NCBI GenBank assembly: GCA_008632985.1
Contig: QPGO01000078.1
Coordinates: 186,001 to 250,000 of the forward strand
Origin: Psammoneis japonica
Lineage: Eukaryota
Length of the DNA stretch: 64,000 nt
Direction of reading: 5' to 3'
This document shows positions 35,621 through 47,399 of this stretch, piece by piece (the stretch's first letter is position 1; every line of letters begins with the position of its first letter). The notes under the pieces are model-generated. The model did no database searches. It was given only the letters and a program-made list of their open reading frames with translations, and was not told the origin of the DNA. The position numbers were made by a program, and so were the translations under genes.

Positions 35621-38600
35621 TTGAGGTGTCTGTGGGGTTGGCAGTTGTTGTGGTGGGGAAACGGGTGGTGGAGGAGGGCGCAGCGCGCTGGGAGAGGGAG
35701 AGAAAAAGGGTTGGCCGAGGGTGCGGACAGATGGTCGTGAGGAGGAGTTGGTGATGGTGGGATGGCAGAGGAGGAAAGCTTGACATGCAGAGAGATGGTT
35801 GGAGAGAGCAAAGCCAAAATTGAGACTGAGGATTTGGGAAGCCCAGAGCAGGGGTGTTGCTGCATGACAGGAGGAGCCGAAGTGATCGGGTGAAAGTTGT
35901 TTCCAGGCCGTGTTGGACTGGGCGAGGAGGTTGGAAGGAGCCAAAAGGGAGTTGGTGCAGGCGGAGAAGGATGCTTGCGAGTCAGACAAAGAGGATGGGC
36001 TGGACCAGGGCGGTTTGGGAGGGAGGGGCGGGATGGAGGAAGAGGCAGTGGTGGAGGCACCAAAGAAAAAGACATGGAAGTGATGTCCAATGCCTTCGAG
36101 GTGGTCGAAGGCAAAAGGGAGGAGGAAGAGGCCTGCTTGGCCAATGGCATCAATGACGTCAGAGCCATGAGCAGAGGATGTAGAACGGCCGAGGAGCTTG
36201 TCCCGAGTGCTGCTGAGGTGAGCCTTGTTGAGCGGGTTTTCAGGGACAGGCAAACCAGGTGCAGGAGGCGGGGGAGCGGGCAGTGCGGTGATGTCAATTG
36301 CCAGGAATTGGTGGGTGGATGGGGTGTTTGGTGGTGTGGAGCCGGGAGCAAGTTGGACGCCAACATTGGCGGGGCATTTTGGAGGGTGGTCGGGTGGGAG
36401 TCCGGCAGGGTCGAGGTGGACTTGTTGGCGAGACTGGCAGAGACCTCACATGGGCCGAGGGTTTCGATGACAGTGCAGATGGTGTCAAGGATGTGGTTGG
36501 ACAGAGGGCCTTTGTGCATTTTGGAGCAGGCAAAGGCGTGATCGCCGCATGGGTTGGGGCGGGCGTGGCCGCATGGGCAGTTGTGTTGGGAGAGGGTGGA
36601 TGGGACAATGGGCAGGCGGAGCTTGCGTCGGAGGAGGATTGTGAAGAGGTGTGGCGGAAGGTGGTTGGAAGTGGGGGTGCGGGGTGGGGAGTGAAGGCAC
36701 AGGCTTGTGAGTGGGGACAACAAGGATGGGAGCACCAGTTGGATGGAAGGATCAGCGAGGAGTGGGGGAAGGGTGTTGTGCACATGATGGTGGAGGTGAA
36801 GGCGCTGTGAGAGACCGCGCAGGGTGTGGTGTTTGACAGCGTGTGGAAGGGAGGTGAAAGAGGAAGAATCAAGTTTGAGAAGGGTGGGAGTGCAGTGGCG
36901 GAAGATTTGGTAGAGGGAGAGAGTAGAGCAAGGGTTGGACCATGAACCAAGAGCAGTGGAGCAGCTTGAGGGAAGGTGGAAGATGGCGCCACCGGTGAGT
37001 GGGACACCATGTTTGGTGCAGCGGACAGATCGGAGGAGGGAGGTGATTAGAGCGGGGACGGCAGCTGCGGAGATGACTCGACATCCGATGCCGCCCAAGG
37101 AGATGGGCAGGGTGGCAATGAGTTTGGAGGTGGATGGGAATGGGTTGGCATGTTGGGTGAGGTGGGTGAGGAATCAGAGGGAGTGGCCGATGATTTGGTC
37201 GGTGAAGGGGGATGCCCATTGAAAGGGGGGTGGGAAGTCGTTGGAGTGCAGAAGATTGCAGCATGCGTCAGGGGACAGCAGGTGGGTGATGGAAGGGATG
37301 GAGCACTTGCGGAAGAGGGTGCTTTGTGTTTGTTTGTCGGTGAGGCGGACGGTGAGGCGATGAAGGTCGGTGGCAAAGGAGGTGGCCTTGTTGTGAAGGA
37401 AATCGAGGGCGAAAGCGGGTGAGCCAATGGGTTGACCGAGGAAGCGGGTGCCGGTGGTGATCTCGGGTGTGACATGGGGGCTGTTGTGGGGATTTAGGAA
37501 GGTCAAGGCTTCGGAGAGTGCGGCGGCATCGGCAGGTGGGAGGCGGTTGATGGGAGAAGAGCCGGCAATGGATGTGAGAATTTGAGTCTTGGAGGTGTTG
37601 AGCTTGATGCCAAATTGGGGGCCGCAGGTGGAGAGTTGTTTGAGGAACCAAGGGAGCTGGGAGAAGGGAAGGAAGATGTGGGTGTCATCAATGTACGAAG
37701 AGGCAGCAGATTTGGAATGGGGAGGGAGTCGATGACATGGTTCGTCGTTGATGGGGTGGAATGCACGAGCCAAAACAAGGCAGGAAAAGGCAGGGCTGAG
37801 GGGGCAGCCTTGAGCAAATCCCTCGGGTTGAGAGAAGGAGGACCATTGCAAGCAGTGGTCACGGCACCAGCAAGTGTCAGGGTCTTGGTGGAGCAAGTCG
37901 AAGAAAGGTGTGAGAGGGCGGTGCTCGTCGGAGTTGTCAAGGGTGTGGCGACAGGCGTCACGGGAGCATTCGTTGAAGCAATTGGACAGGTCAAGGAGGA
38001 GGAGAGCTTTGGTTGGCGTGGAGTCTGGTTGAAAGAATCATTCAATGTTGGCCCAGTCGAGACCTCCTTTGATGCCGACTCCGAACTGGCCAGAGAGCAG
38101 GAGGTTGGCAGCGAAGGTGGCGGCAAAAAGGAACATGATGAGGGTGCCGACGATTCTGCAAAGGGCTGTTCTGACGCCGATGGGTCGAAGCTTGGAAAGG
38201 TTGGATGAGTCTTTGTGGAGAGCAAGGAAGCAGTTGGAAGAAAAGACAGGTTTGATGGATGCAGGGACATCCGCTGCAAGAATGAGATCGAGCAGATGTT
38301 TGAAGGTGAGCAAGCAGGGGCAGGAAGTGGATGTTGGCGTGGAACGGCGGTGGAGGGCGCAGGCCTTGAACAGGTCGGTGGAATCGGCAAAGGCGCCGGG
38401 TGCTTTGCCTGGTTGACATTTGGCGAGGGCTTTGCGGAGATCGTCGGTGGTGCAGTGCAGGGGGGAGGAAGCAGATCGTTGGTGTTGGGTGGAGGGGGGG
38501 GAAGGCAGCGGTGGGTGTTCCCAGGGTGGATAAAGTTGCTTGACAAGTTCCATGCGTTCGGGGGTGAGAGAGGCAACGGGAAGGGAGGAGGTGGCCCGGG

Positions 38601-40002
38601 CACAGGCGGCATGAAGGTTGTTGACGTTGGCGGCAATTTGGGCGGAGTGGGCGCAGGATGTGTTGTCAAAGTCGGGAGGTTCGTCAGACATGTCTGGGAT
38701 GGGTGTTGAGCGAGATTGGTCACAGAGGGCATGGATGGAACCATCATGGAAGAGGAAAAGACGTTGTGTGATGGTGGTGGAGAGAGGGATGTTGGAGTTC
38801 TTGGGGCTGGGCAGAGGATGAGAGATTCAAAGAGGAAGAGGAGCTTGAAGAAAGGGTCGGAGGCCGTTTGCCAAGAAGGGGGTGGGTCGTCAGCGGGGTC
38901 GAAAGGCTTGGAGGAGTCGACAGTCCATTGGATGAGGTGATGGAGGGTGAGAAGGACCTGGAGGCGAGAGGAAGGGGGGAGTTTGTGCCAGATGGAGGCA
39001 CAGAAGGGCGGGGGCGACAGGGGCAGTGAGTGGAGCCACTGAAGGGAGGCTGTCCAATCAGCAAGCTCTTGGCGTGGGTGGGAGGATGCAACGAGCTGAA
39101 CATTGGCAGTTGTGCGGGGTTGAAAATGGATGTTAGAAATGTGGGTGTGCAAACGTGTGTCACGGAGGCATGTCTTGGTGGTTCGTTGGCAATGTCGGCA
39201 TGGGTGTGGGTCATGGAGCTCGAAAAAAGAGTCGGGGATGGTGCGGAGGCTGCGGTGTTTGTGCACAGAAGAGAGATGCATGCACAGGAGCTTGGGTGCT
39301 TGAGGCGGAGGAGTGTTGGGTGGGAGGGAGAAGGAGCAGCCCTCGAAGGGGCAGGAGCAGTTGGCAACCCCTGGCGGGGCACGGGTGCTGATGGGCTCCA
39401 TTGCTGGAGGGTGGGGCGAAGTGTGCTGGGGTCTTGATTGGTGTCGGCAGCCTGTTGGGTGAGTGTGGACCACTCGGCGAGGTGTGTGGGAGCAAAGGTG
39501 TGGACCCATTGGTCGAAGACATGGAGAAGCTCGAGGTCGTTGAGAGCACTCGATGTCCATGTCGGGCAGGTCGGGGTGTGATGTGCGTTCCGTGGGCATG
39601 GACGGGGCGGTGCGTGCCAAGGTGGGAGTGTCAGTGGCGAAAGTGTCGGGGTCCATGGCAGTGGTTTCGGAGGAAAACGTGGAGCCGTCGAGGTCGGGAG
39701 GGTGTGAGCGTTTCTTGCGTTGTTGAGAGGGGGCGTGGGGGTGCTGACGCATGTCGGTGTGGTTGGGGACGGTGGCGTGGGTTGCCAGGAGGCTTCGAGG
39801 AAGGAGAGGGCTGTTTCGGATGGGGTGTCTTGAGAAGGTTGAGAGGTTGCTTGGGCAAAGGACGTGGATGTTCGGGCAGGGGAGGGAGGGGGGCATCGGG
39901 AAGGGAGGTCCTTGAGGAGGTGTTTGGGGATGTTGGGACAGAGGTGGAGGGGGGCGTCAGTGATGTCCACGACAAACGGGGTGGCAAAAAAAAGGAGCTT
40001 GT

Positions 40003-40727
40003 GATGCGTTCCAGCCCCAGGTGGGACTCCGTGTGACATTGGGCCCGCAGAATTCTACGTGCGAGCTCCGCATTACGAGAATTTAATTGATGGACACATT
40101 TGTCTTCAACGACATGTTCCAGGTCTAGGGGACTCGNNNNNNNNNNNNNNNNNNNNNNNNNNNNNNNNNNNNNNNNNNNNNNNNNNNNNNNNNNNNNNNN
40201 NNNNNNNNNNNNNNNNNNNNNNNNNNNNNNNNNNNNNNNNNNNNNNNNNNNNNNNNNNNNNNNNNNNNNNNNNNNNNNNNNNNNNNNNNNNNNNNNNNNN
40301 NNNNNNNNNNNNNNNNNNNNNNNNNNNNNNNNNNNNNNNNNNNNNNNNNNNNNNNNNNNNNNNNNNNNNNNNNNNNNNNNNNNNNNNNNNNNNNNNNNNN
40401 NNNNNNNNNNNNNNNNNNNNNNNNNNNNNNNNNNNNNNNNNNNNNNNNNNNNNNNNNNNNNNNNNNNNNNNNNNNNNNNNNNNNNNNNNNNNNNNNNNNN
40501 NNNNNNNNNNNNNNNNNNNNNNNNNNNNNNNNNNNNNNNNNNNNNNNNNNNNNNNNNNNNNNNATGTCAAAAGTTGTTGGACGGATGCTCAACAAGTGCA
40601 CCGTAAAATGACACAAAACACAGAAAAAATCACGCAGAAATCTACGTGCGTGACATACGATGTGATTCAAAAAACTGTCAATGTCACAGTTCAGCAGTGC
40701 GAGGTCCCACCTGACCTGGAACACGTC
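40003..40727. mobile_element. TIR element (ends GAYRYRTTCCAG...CAGGTGGGA) inserted in the CRE element, spanning the gap
   Basis: Imperfect inverted termini at 40003 and 40727 with TTGT on both flanks; related termini at 40111, 42007 and 48970. Confidence 0.55.
40137..40563. other. Assembly gap (N run)
   Basis: 427 N characters. Confidence 1.
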
Positions 40728-43639
40728 TTGTGTCAGACCAGGGTGTCACTGTGAGAGAAAAAAACAGGGATGATGCCAAAAAGGTCAGGGGTGGTGAGAA
40801 GTTTGTCGCAGTTCTTGGCTTGGCGTTTGTTGATGGCTTGCAGGCGCATGGCGATGGGAAGGATTTTGGGAAAGGAAGGGAAGGGGACAACTGAAAAGGA
40901 AAGGCGAGGACGTGTGTGATTGGAGGCGGCGTGTTGGAAGGGTTGACGACGGACAGAAAGGAGGTCCACATTTCGGGCGTGGAGGTGGTGAGGAAGCAAA
41001 CGTCAGACTGGGGGATCTGGCGGTTTGGGCGGAGAAAGTTGGGAAGTGGGAGGGGCGGACGCCGATGTGATCAAGGAAGGTGCCACACTCAGAGAAAAAA
41101 GAAAGGGTGGGGTCTGAGGGGTTGGCAGGTGAAAGGGATTTGACATGAGTGTGCAGTTGTTGGAGAAGAAATTCGCAGGTGCGTCGAGATTGACCGCAGG
41201 TTTTGGGGTTGATGCCGGCGAGGATGCCACGGGCTTGTTCAGCAAAGGAGTTGCAAGCAGGGATGAGAAAGGTGGCACAGCGAGTCCAGGGGTTGGGAGA
41301 TGCGGGGGTGTCTGTGGCATCCGAAGGAAGGAAGTCAGGGGAGGTGGAGGAGGCGGAGTGGTGCTTGAATTGTGCAGGAGGGTGAAGGTGCCAATTTTGC
41401 ATGGCGAAGCGGAGAACTTGGTCATGGAAAGGGAGGAAATTGAGGGGTTTGTGGGAGGAGACGGGAGCAAAGGTCAGTTCAAAACAGGAGGCCCATTGAT
41501 TGTGGCAGGGGCGGGAGCGGCGCTTGGTTGCGGAAAAGGTGCAACAAATGTCGATGGCGCGCGAGTGCGAACGCAGCAAGAAATTTGCAGCACATGCACC
41601 CACAATTCACAAACGACAAGATTGAACGGACAATCTTGCTCGTCATGACTGTCATTCATGCCGCAAGCCAGAGATCACTCCATTGATTGGAGGGATGAAA
41701 ATTTGCTGCAAGAGAAATGTTGAGTGTGGGAAGAAGCAAGGCACAATTGCGTTTGAGGTTCACACTGTCCACGGGAGCAGCAGAGCCCTCACAACAAGTT
41801 GCTTGCTGGGCTGAAATGAGCAGAAGAAGCACTCTTTGTTGAGCAGGAAATTGACACACCACTTGCCTTGGGACAGCACAGTTTTTTCAAGGAAGATGTG
41901 GTGGTTGAAGTTGTGGTTCTTTGGCTTCATGCAACTCTGTCTCACAAAAACAAACAAGGGTGTCGCGCGTGTCAAGCCTTTTCAAGCCGTTTGGCAAAAC
42001 CGCAAAGACGTGTTCCAGCCCCAGGTGATGCGCTGAATGACAATCTGTTTTGAACACAATTTGTGTGAACTTTGTGCATTGAGGCTGCTCATCAAAGTGC
42101 TTGTGCAGTCTGGCTCTTTTGCACTCGATCAGAGTGCGGGCAGTCAAACAATTTTTTCATGGGTGTTCAAGTCTTCACGACACATGTGCCACAAAACTTT
42201 CATGCAGAAACAACGCTGACTGTACATCCACACTCATGCCACAGAAATTTTTGTGCAAGCAGATTGACGCTGCAAAATGTGCGCACAAATCTTTTGTGTT
42301 GGCCTTCAAACAGCAACAGCATGTGAATCTTCAAACATTTTTGCGAAAATCATCCGTTGTGTTGCAACTCGTTTGTTGCAATGAAAAAACATTGACTGCA
42401 CAAAAACAACAATGTTGCGACACTGACACGAGTCTTGTCAGTGTTGCGGGGCATTTGCACTTGTACAAATCCATGCCTTTGGTGGCAAAAGCTTGTTCGC
42501 AAGTCAGAGGCTGCACAAAAATCATGTGAATGTCATTTTTGTGCACATTTTGGTTCACATGCGGCTGGAACACATCCAAAACAAGGGCTGGGTTGGGTTG
42601 TTTGAAGCAGCAATGCAGAGAACAACACCACATCTGCTTGCCATGTTCACATGAAGATGGTGCACACAACAAAACAGGGCAGAAAATGGAGCTGCTCTGC
42701 AAGCAACATCAGGCCGTTGGAAGGAAGTGGCCTCGAGCAAGGTGCTGTTTGCCTGCTCCGGCTCAATGCTTCCACAAAGGTCAGCCTCTTGGTTTGTTGT
42801 TTTTGGTCAATGGCACTGCATTGCTCTGTTCACTTGCTGGGTGGGGGCAGGCAGCACACAGGGAAAAAGAGAAATTGCAAGCTGAGCTTTGGCCTTCACA
42901 GGTGCCAGAAAAACTGCTCTCTTTCGTGGCCTCAGAAACCAATCACACAACAACTGTTGGCTGCGGCACAAGCCACAAGAAACCAGATCTCAAGCCATTC
43001 GAGCTCTGGCAGGCTAAGAGAAGCAGTGAGAGTGGGTGGTGCTGGTGCCAAGCAAAAAGCGGTTGGGAGAATTGAAAAGACTTGCTGAAAATTGGGTTTC
43101 GTCAGTCACCAAAATGTGCCCAGTTGCAATGACTGAATTTTTTGAAATCGTCAGTTGTCAGAGCTGCAGAACAAGAGCAAAGTCATGAAACATTGAAACA
43201 TTGGGGTTTCCAAACACCAGTTGGGGCACATGCTCAACTGTTGTGCACTGCATGTCTGTCTGAACACGACGTGAACTCCTCACGCACGCGCACTGCTGGC
43301 AGAGGCAGTTTCCCTCTGACAATGACAAAACACAAACAACCAAAATAATTTGAACGACATAAAACATTCGCTTTCCACTGCTCACTCCGACATCACAACA
43401 TGCACTTGACTTCGTTCAGCTCGTCAGGAGCTTTCCATCAACACGCAGCACAATGTGCTGCGTACAGAGAGTGCACCAGTCACAAGCAAGAGAAGGGAAC
43501 AAGCGACGGAGGGCAATCGTCGGGCGATTGGCACCGCAATTACAGGTCTGCATTGAATGGTAAATAGAGTTCATGCAAGCAATGCCATTGCTTCGCGATG
43601 CAACGCCTTGCCGGGAAGCATGCGTCATTGTCTCGAGAA

Positions 43640-46600
43640 TGCAAGGTTAAATGTAATTGATGCAGGCTGTGCATCCATGAACAACAAACAAAAAATGGAA
43701 GACACCAAAGGTGACACAGTCGAAAGCAACTCTTGGCGCTGAATCACTGTTCCATGCAATTGTTTCCAAAAGCATTGCAACAGCAAGAGCAGCACAAGCA
43801 ATCCACAGAATCGTTGAGACAGTTTGAGGAGAGGATGTCAATCAAGTTCTCTCGCATGCAAAATGTTTCACTGAAGTCATTGGCAAAAGCATTGCCATGA
43901 ACGCAGAGCTCCTCTGCACGAAATGACACATGTGCAAAAGCGTGAGATGTTGCAGGAACACAAACACCAGAATTCCAGCATCAGTTGGCCACATTCCCAA
44001 CGGTTGCCTGCCGAGATTCTTGAGATTCGCCACAACAGAAGGGAATGATCCACTGAGACCACAAAGCTGAATGCCCAGTGAGGAGAGACCAGCGCAGCCT
44101 CCAAGCTCGGTCGGCACTGTCCCACTTAAGTTGTTTTGTCCCAAATCAAGGCTGCTGAGCTTTCCAAGGTGTCCAAGCTCCGTCGGAATTGGGCCTGTGA
44201 ACCCAGCATCGTTGAGCCAAATTAATGCAGCGCTCTCAAGGTTCCCCAACGTAGATGGGATGGCACCAGCAAACGAATTTTCATTCAGCTTTATCTCTTT
44301 GAGCTGCAAGAAACTGCCGACAGCCTCAGGAAGACTTCCCGACAACTCATTCGCTACGAAATTAATGAACCTCAATGAAGCTGGATTCGGTCGAGGTGAA
44401 GAAGCTCTCGAGTGCGCCGTCCAGTTGATTCTCCGCAAACAACACAGCCTCTAGCTTTTCCGAAACAAAAGGAGGAATCTCCCCTGTCAAATCATTTCCG
44501 TTCAAATCAACTGCCCTCAACGAAGGCAGGGACCCAACCGACGGAGGAATCGTGCCACTCAAGGAGTTGCCACAGAGATTGAGCCAATCCAGCTCCAGCA
44601 GATTTCCAATTTCAGATGGCAGAGGGCCGGAGAACTCATTGTCGAAAATTTCCAAGTGAGCAAGTTTGCGAAGACTGCCTGCAGAAGAAGGCATTTTTTG
44701 AACGAGATTGTTTGACGAAATGTCCAATTCCTCCACATGGACGAAATTTCCAATTGTTTCAGGAAGGACCCCCGATAGCTGGTTGTTCTTGAAACGAATC
44801 CGCACGATCGTCTCCGAGGACGACGAGCCGAAAAACTCGTCAAGAGAGCCAGCAAGGTTGTTTCCCTTCACCCAGACCTCCGACACGCGGTCGCCAGTGA
44901 AAGGAGGCATGTGGCCAGAAAGACGATTCCCTTGAATGTCAATGCCAACAAGGATGGCAAGGCAGCAATTGCTCTGGGGATTGTTCCTGTCAACTTGTGT
45001 TGATGAGATCGAGTTGCTCTAGCCGTGTGAGGCTGCCAAGAGAAAGAGGCAGTTCTCCGGTGAACTCGTTGTCATTGAGATTCAACACACGCAATTCGGG
45101 ACTCCCGGAAAAGGAAGGGACATTGCCAACGAAGCCATTCGATGACAGGTCAAGAGACAGCAGATTGCTCAAGTCTCCGATAGATTCTGGTAGCTTGCCA
45201 TCCAGTTGGCAACCCTTGCATGTAAAGGAAGACAGAGACTTTCCAAAAACGGATGGCAATGACCCCGAAATTTGATTTCCGTCGAGCCACAACGATCGAA
45301 GACTCTGGATTCGAAGTGGCGACGCCGGCAGCGACCCAGTCATTGAGTTGAAATCGGCATCGAAAATCTCAAGTTTTATGAGGCCACCAAATGCTTGAGG
45401 GATGTGCCATGAGATTGTTGCTCTTTGCCTCAATGGACTTCAGCTGTGATGGGACGCTTGTTTCAAGAGGGATCGTGCCGCGCAAGCCATTGTGAGCTGT
45501 GGAAAGTTTGATCATTTGTCAGCAATCTTTGTTAGAAACACCAAGGTTTGCAACGCCGGACATTGCATTTCAAAGACTTGCGCAAACTGATTTTTTCAAT
45601 GGCGTTGCCAGCGCAAAAAACGCCGTTGTTTCCATCGTTCCACCCACGTGCATTTTCGCTCGAAAGAAATGCGCAGTCATCATCCCACGTCATGCCTTCC
45701 GTTGCATGGTGCAGCAAGAGCAACATTCTTGAATTTCCTTTGCGGTGGTTTCGATGGAGAGGCTGGCTGGATCTTCGGCGGCAAGCCAATTCAGCGCAAT
45801 TTCTGTGGCGTTCCGTCCTCCAACAGCGCTTCTCCAGACAAAGGAATGAGTTTTTGAGAAAGATGCTGGAGAAGCGTCGGATCCTCAATGCACGTGCATT
45901 GGTCAACGACGTCCCACAAGTCAGCCCTCAACGCATTGCATTCCGATGAATCTGACGGAACATGCACCATGTGCACATTCCATTCGGGTGTGATTTGTTG
46001 TCAACACGAAGCTGGGGCATCTCCAAGGGGACAGACGCATTCATGCATGTCGCACAAGTTACGTTCGCACTCAGGAGATTTGGCATGGGGGCAACCACAG
46101 TGTCGCCAAGCCTGAGCTTGTCCCTGCAAACAAGCTTCACTGGCGACATTGAGCTGCCCCAGTGTCTCGTTGAAGTCCGCGCAGGTAACACCATCTTCTC
46201 CTAGAACAAGGTTGTGTAGATCCACTGGAGAAAACCCATCTTCACACAACGTGCAACTGCTTTTGATCGGATCAGGATCTGGATCGGGATCTGGATCAGG
46301 ATCGGAATCAGACGGAAGAAGGGTGACAACAAGACTAACAACAATCGCAGCCATTGCAGAAGTCCCATCAGGGCCATCCATTTCCTCCGCCTGCTGCAGC
46401 ATGAGGTCGCATTGTCGTCAGAATTTTCGTTCACCACAAGCTCGGCTGGCTCGGCTTGCTCCATGATCTGTTTCTGAACTTGAGGTGCAATTTCATCTCT
46501 TTCTTCATGGACTCGAGCTTGCACCTGGGCTTCAAGATCCTCTTCTCCAGGAACGACCTCCGCCGCTGCAGCCAATCCTTCATCGCCATTGGTGCAGAGA

Positions 46601-47264
46601 GATGTTTCGGAATGCTCTCCTCGGTTTCAGACCTTGTTGCAAGATGGGGTCCAGACACAAACTCGACCAATGGAACCGTGTTTGTTTTCGATTTGATGAC
46701 CTCCCCATCAGCCGGCGCATTCGTCGCCCGAGCCATGTGAATCATGTCATGGGACGAGCTTCCTTCCCGGCGTGGTTCCTCCTCCTCCGTTTTCTCCTCT
46801 TCCATGCTCGGGCGATGCCTGTAGACTTCTCCTGTCTTGTCCTCGAGCAGAGCATCTTGGGACGAGCATTGCATGCCTTGGTGCATGTTTTGCTTCTCGT
46901 GATCAATGTGATGGTGTTTTGGCACCGTCAAAGAAGGACAGCCTTCGTCCATGACAGATTTCATGTGCGAACGAGCTGGTTTGTTCTCTGTGGGACCAAC
47001 GGCCACAGCACCAGGCATCACATTCTTGTCATGCGTTCTGTGGCCTGCGAGACGCCTCTTTTCTCCCAAAACACCAAGCTTGCCCTGAAATTTATCAGGG
47101 GGATTATTGCTTGCTGGCTGGGCCAAAGATTCAGGTTGTTTTGCACGAACATTGTGATTGTCTCTCTCCGAGTCCCTGCCGTCTGGGCATCTGCTGGGGA
47201 TCGCCGGAGGTTTCCGATCATCATCATCGTCGGTTCTGCTGTGCAAGGGCTTTGAATGCATCAT
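43640..47264 (-). pseudogene. Diatom-type LRR receptor-like protein gene, hypermutated and frameshifted
   Basis: PGAVAV-type N-terminus, TM segment, Cys-rich CTLCEDG module and many plant-type LRRs (LxLxxNxLSGxIP); expected Tyr replaced (LNLCGN, LLLLHHAT). Confidence 0.85.
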
Positions 47265-47399
47265 TTCGTTGTCTTTTTGTTACGAGTGCACTGCTGTCAA
47301 GGTTTCTTTTTTCACAATGCGATGGCTTGGTCACACATAAAACGCGCAACACAAAAAAAGCGAACCACCATCAATCATCCAAAAAAAAAAATCAAAAAA

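Larger units (their letters stand above)
35625..41650 (-). mobile_element. CRE-clade (RLE-type) non-LTR retrotransposon, degenerate
   Basis: RT motifs KLRPIG, GQFGVG, GFAQGCPLSP, SYIDDT, GIKLNTSKT, RFLGQPIG; CPCG...GDHAFAC knuckle; RLE-like (R)PA(D)V...LAIDIT. The 5' boundary is approximate. Confidence 0.85.

Noticed and set aside
40059..40754. ORFs containing long X runs
   Set aside because: Artefacts of translating the N gap.
41660..43400. Possible transposase remnants after the 42007 terminus
   Set aside because: Too decayed to assign to any family by eye.
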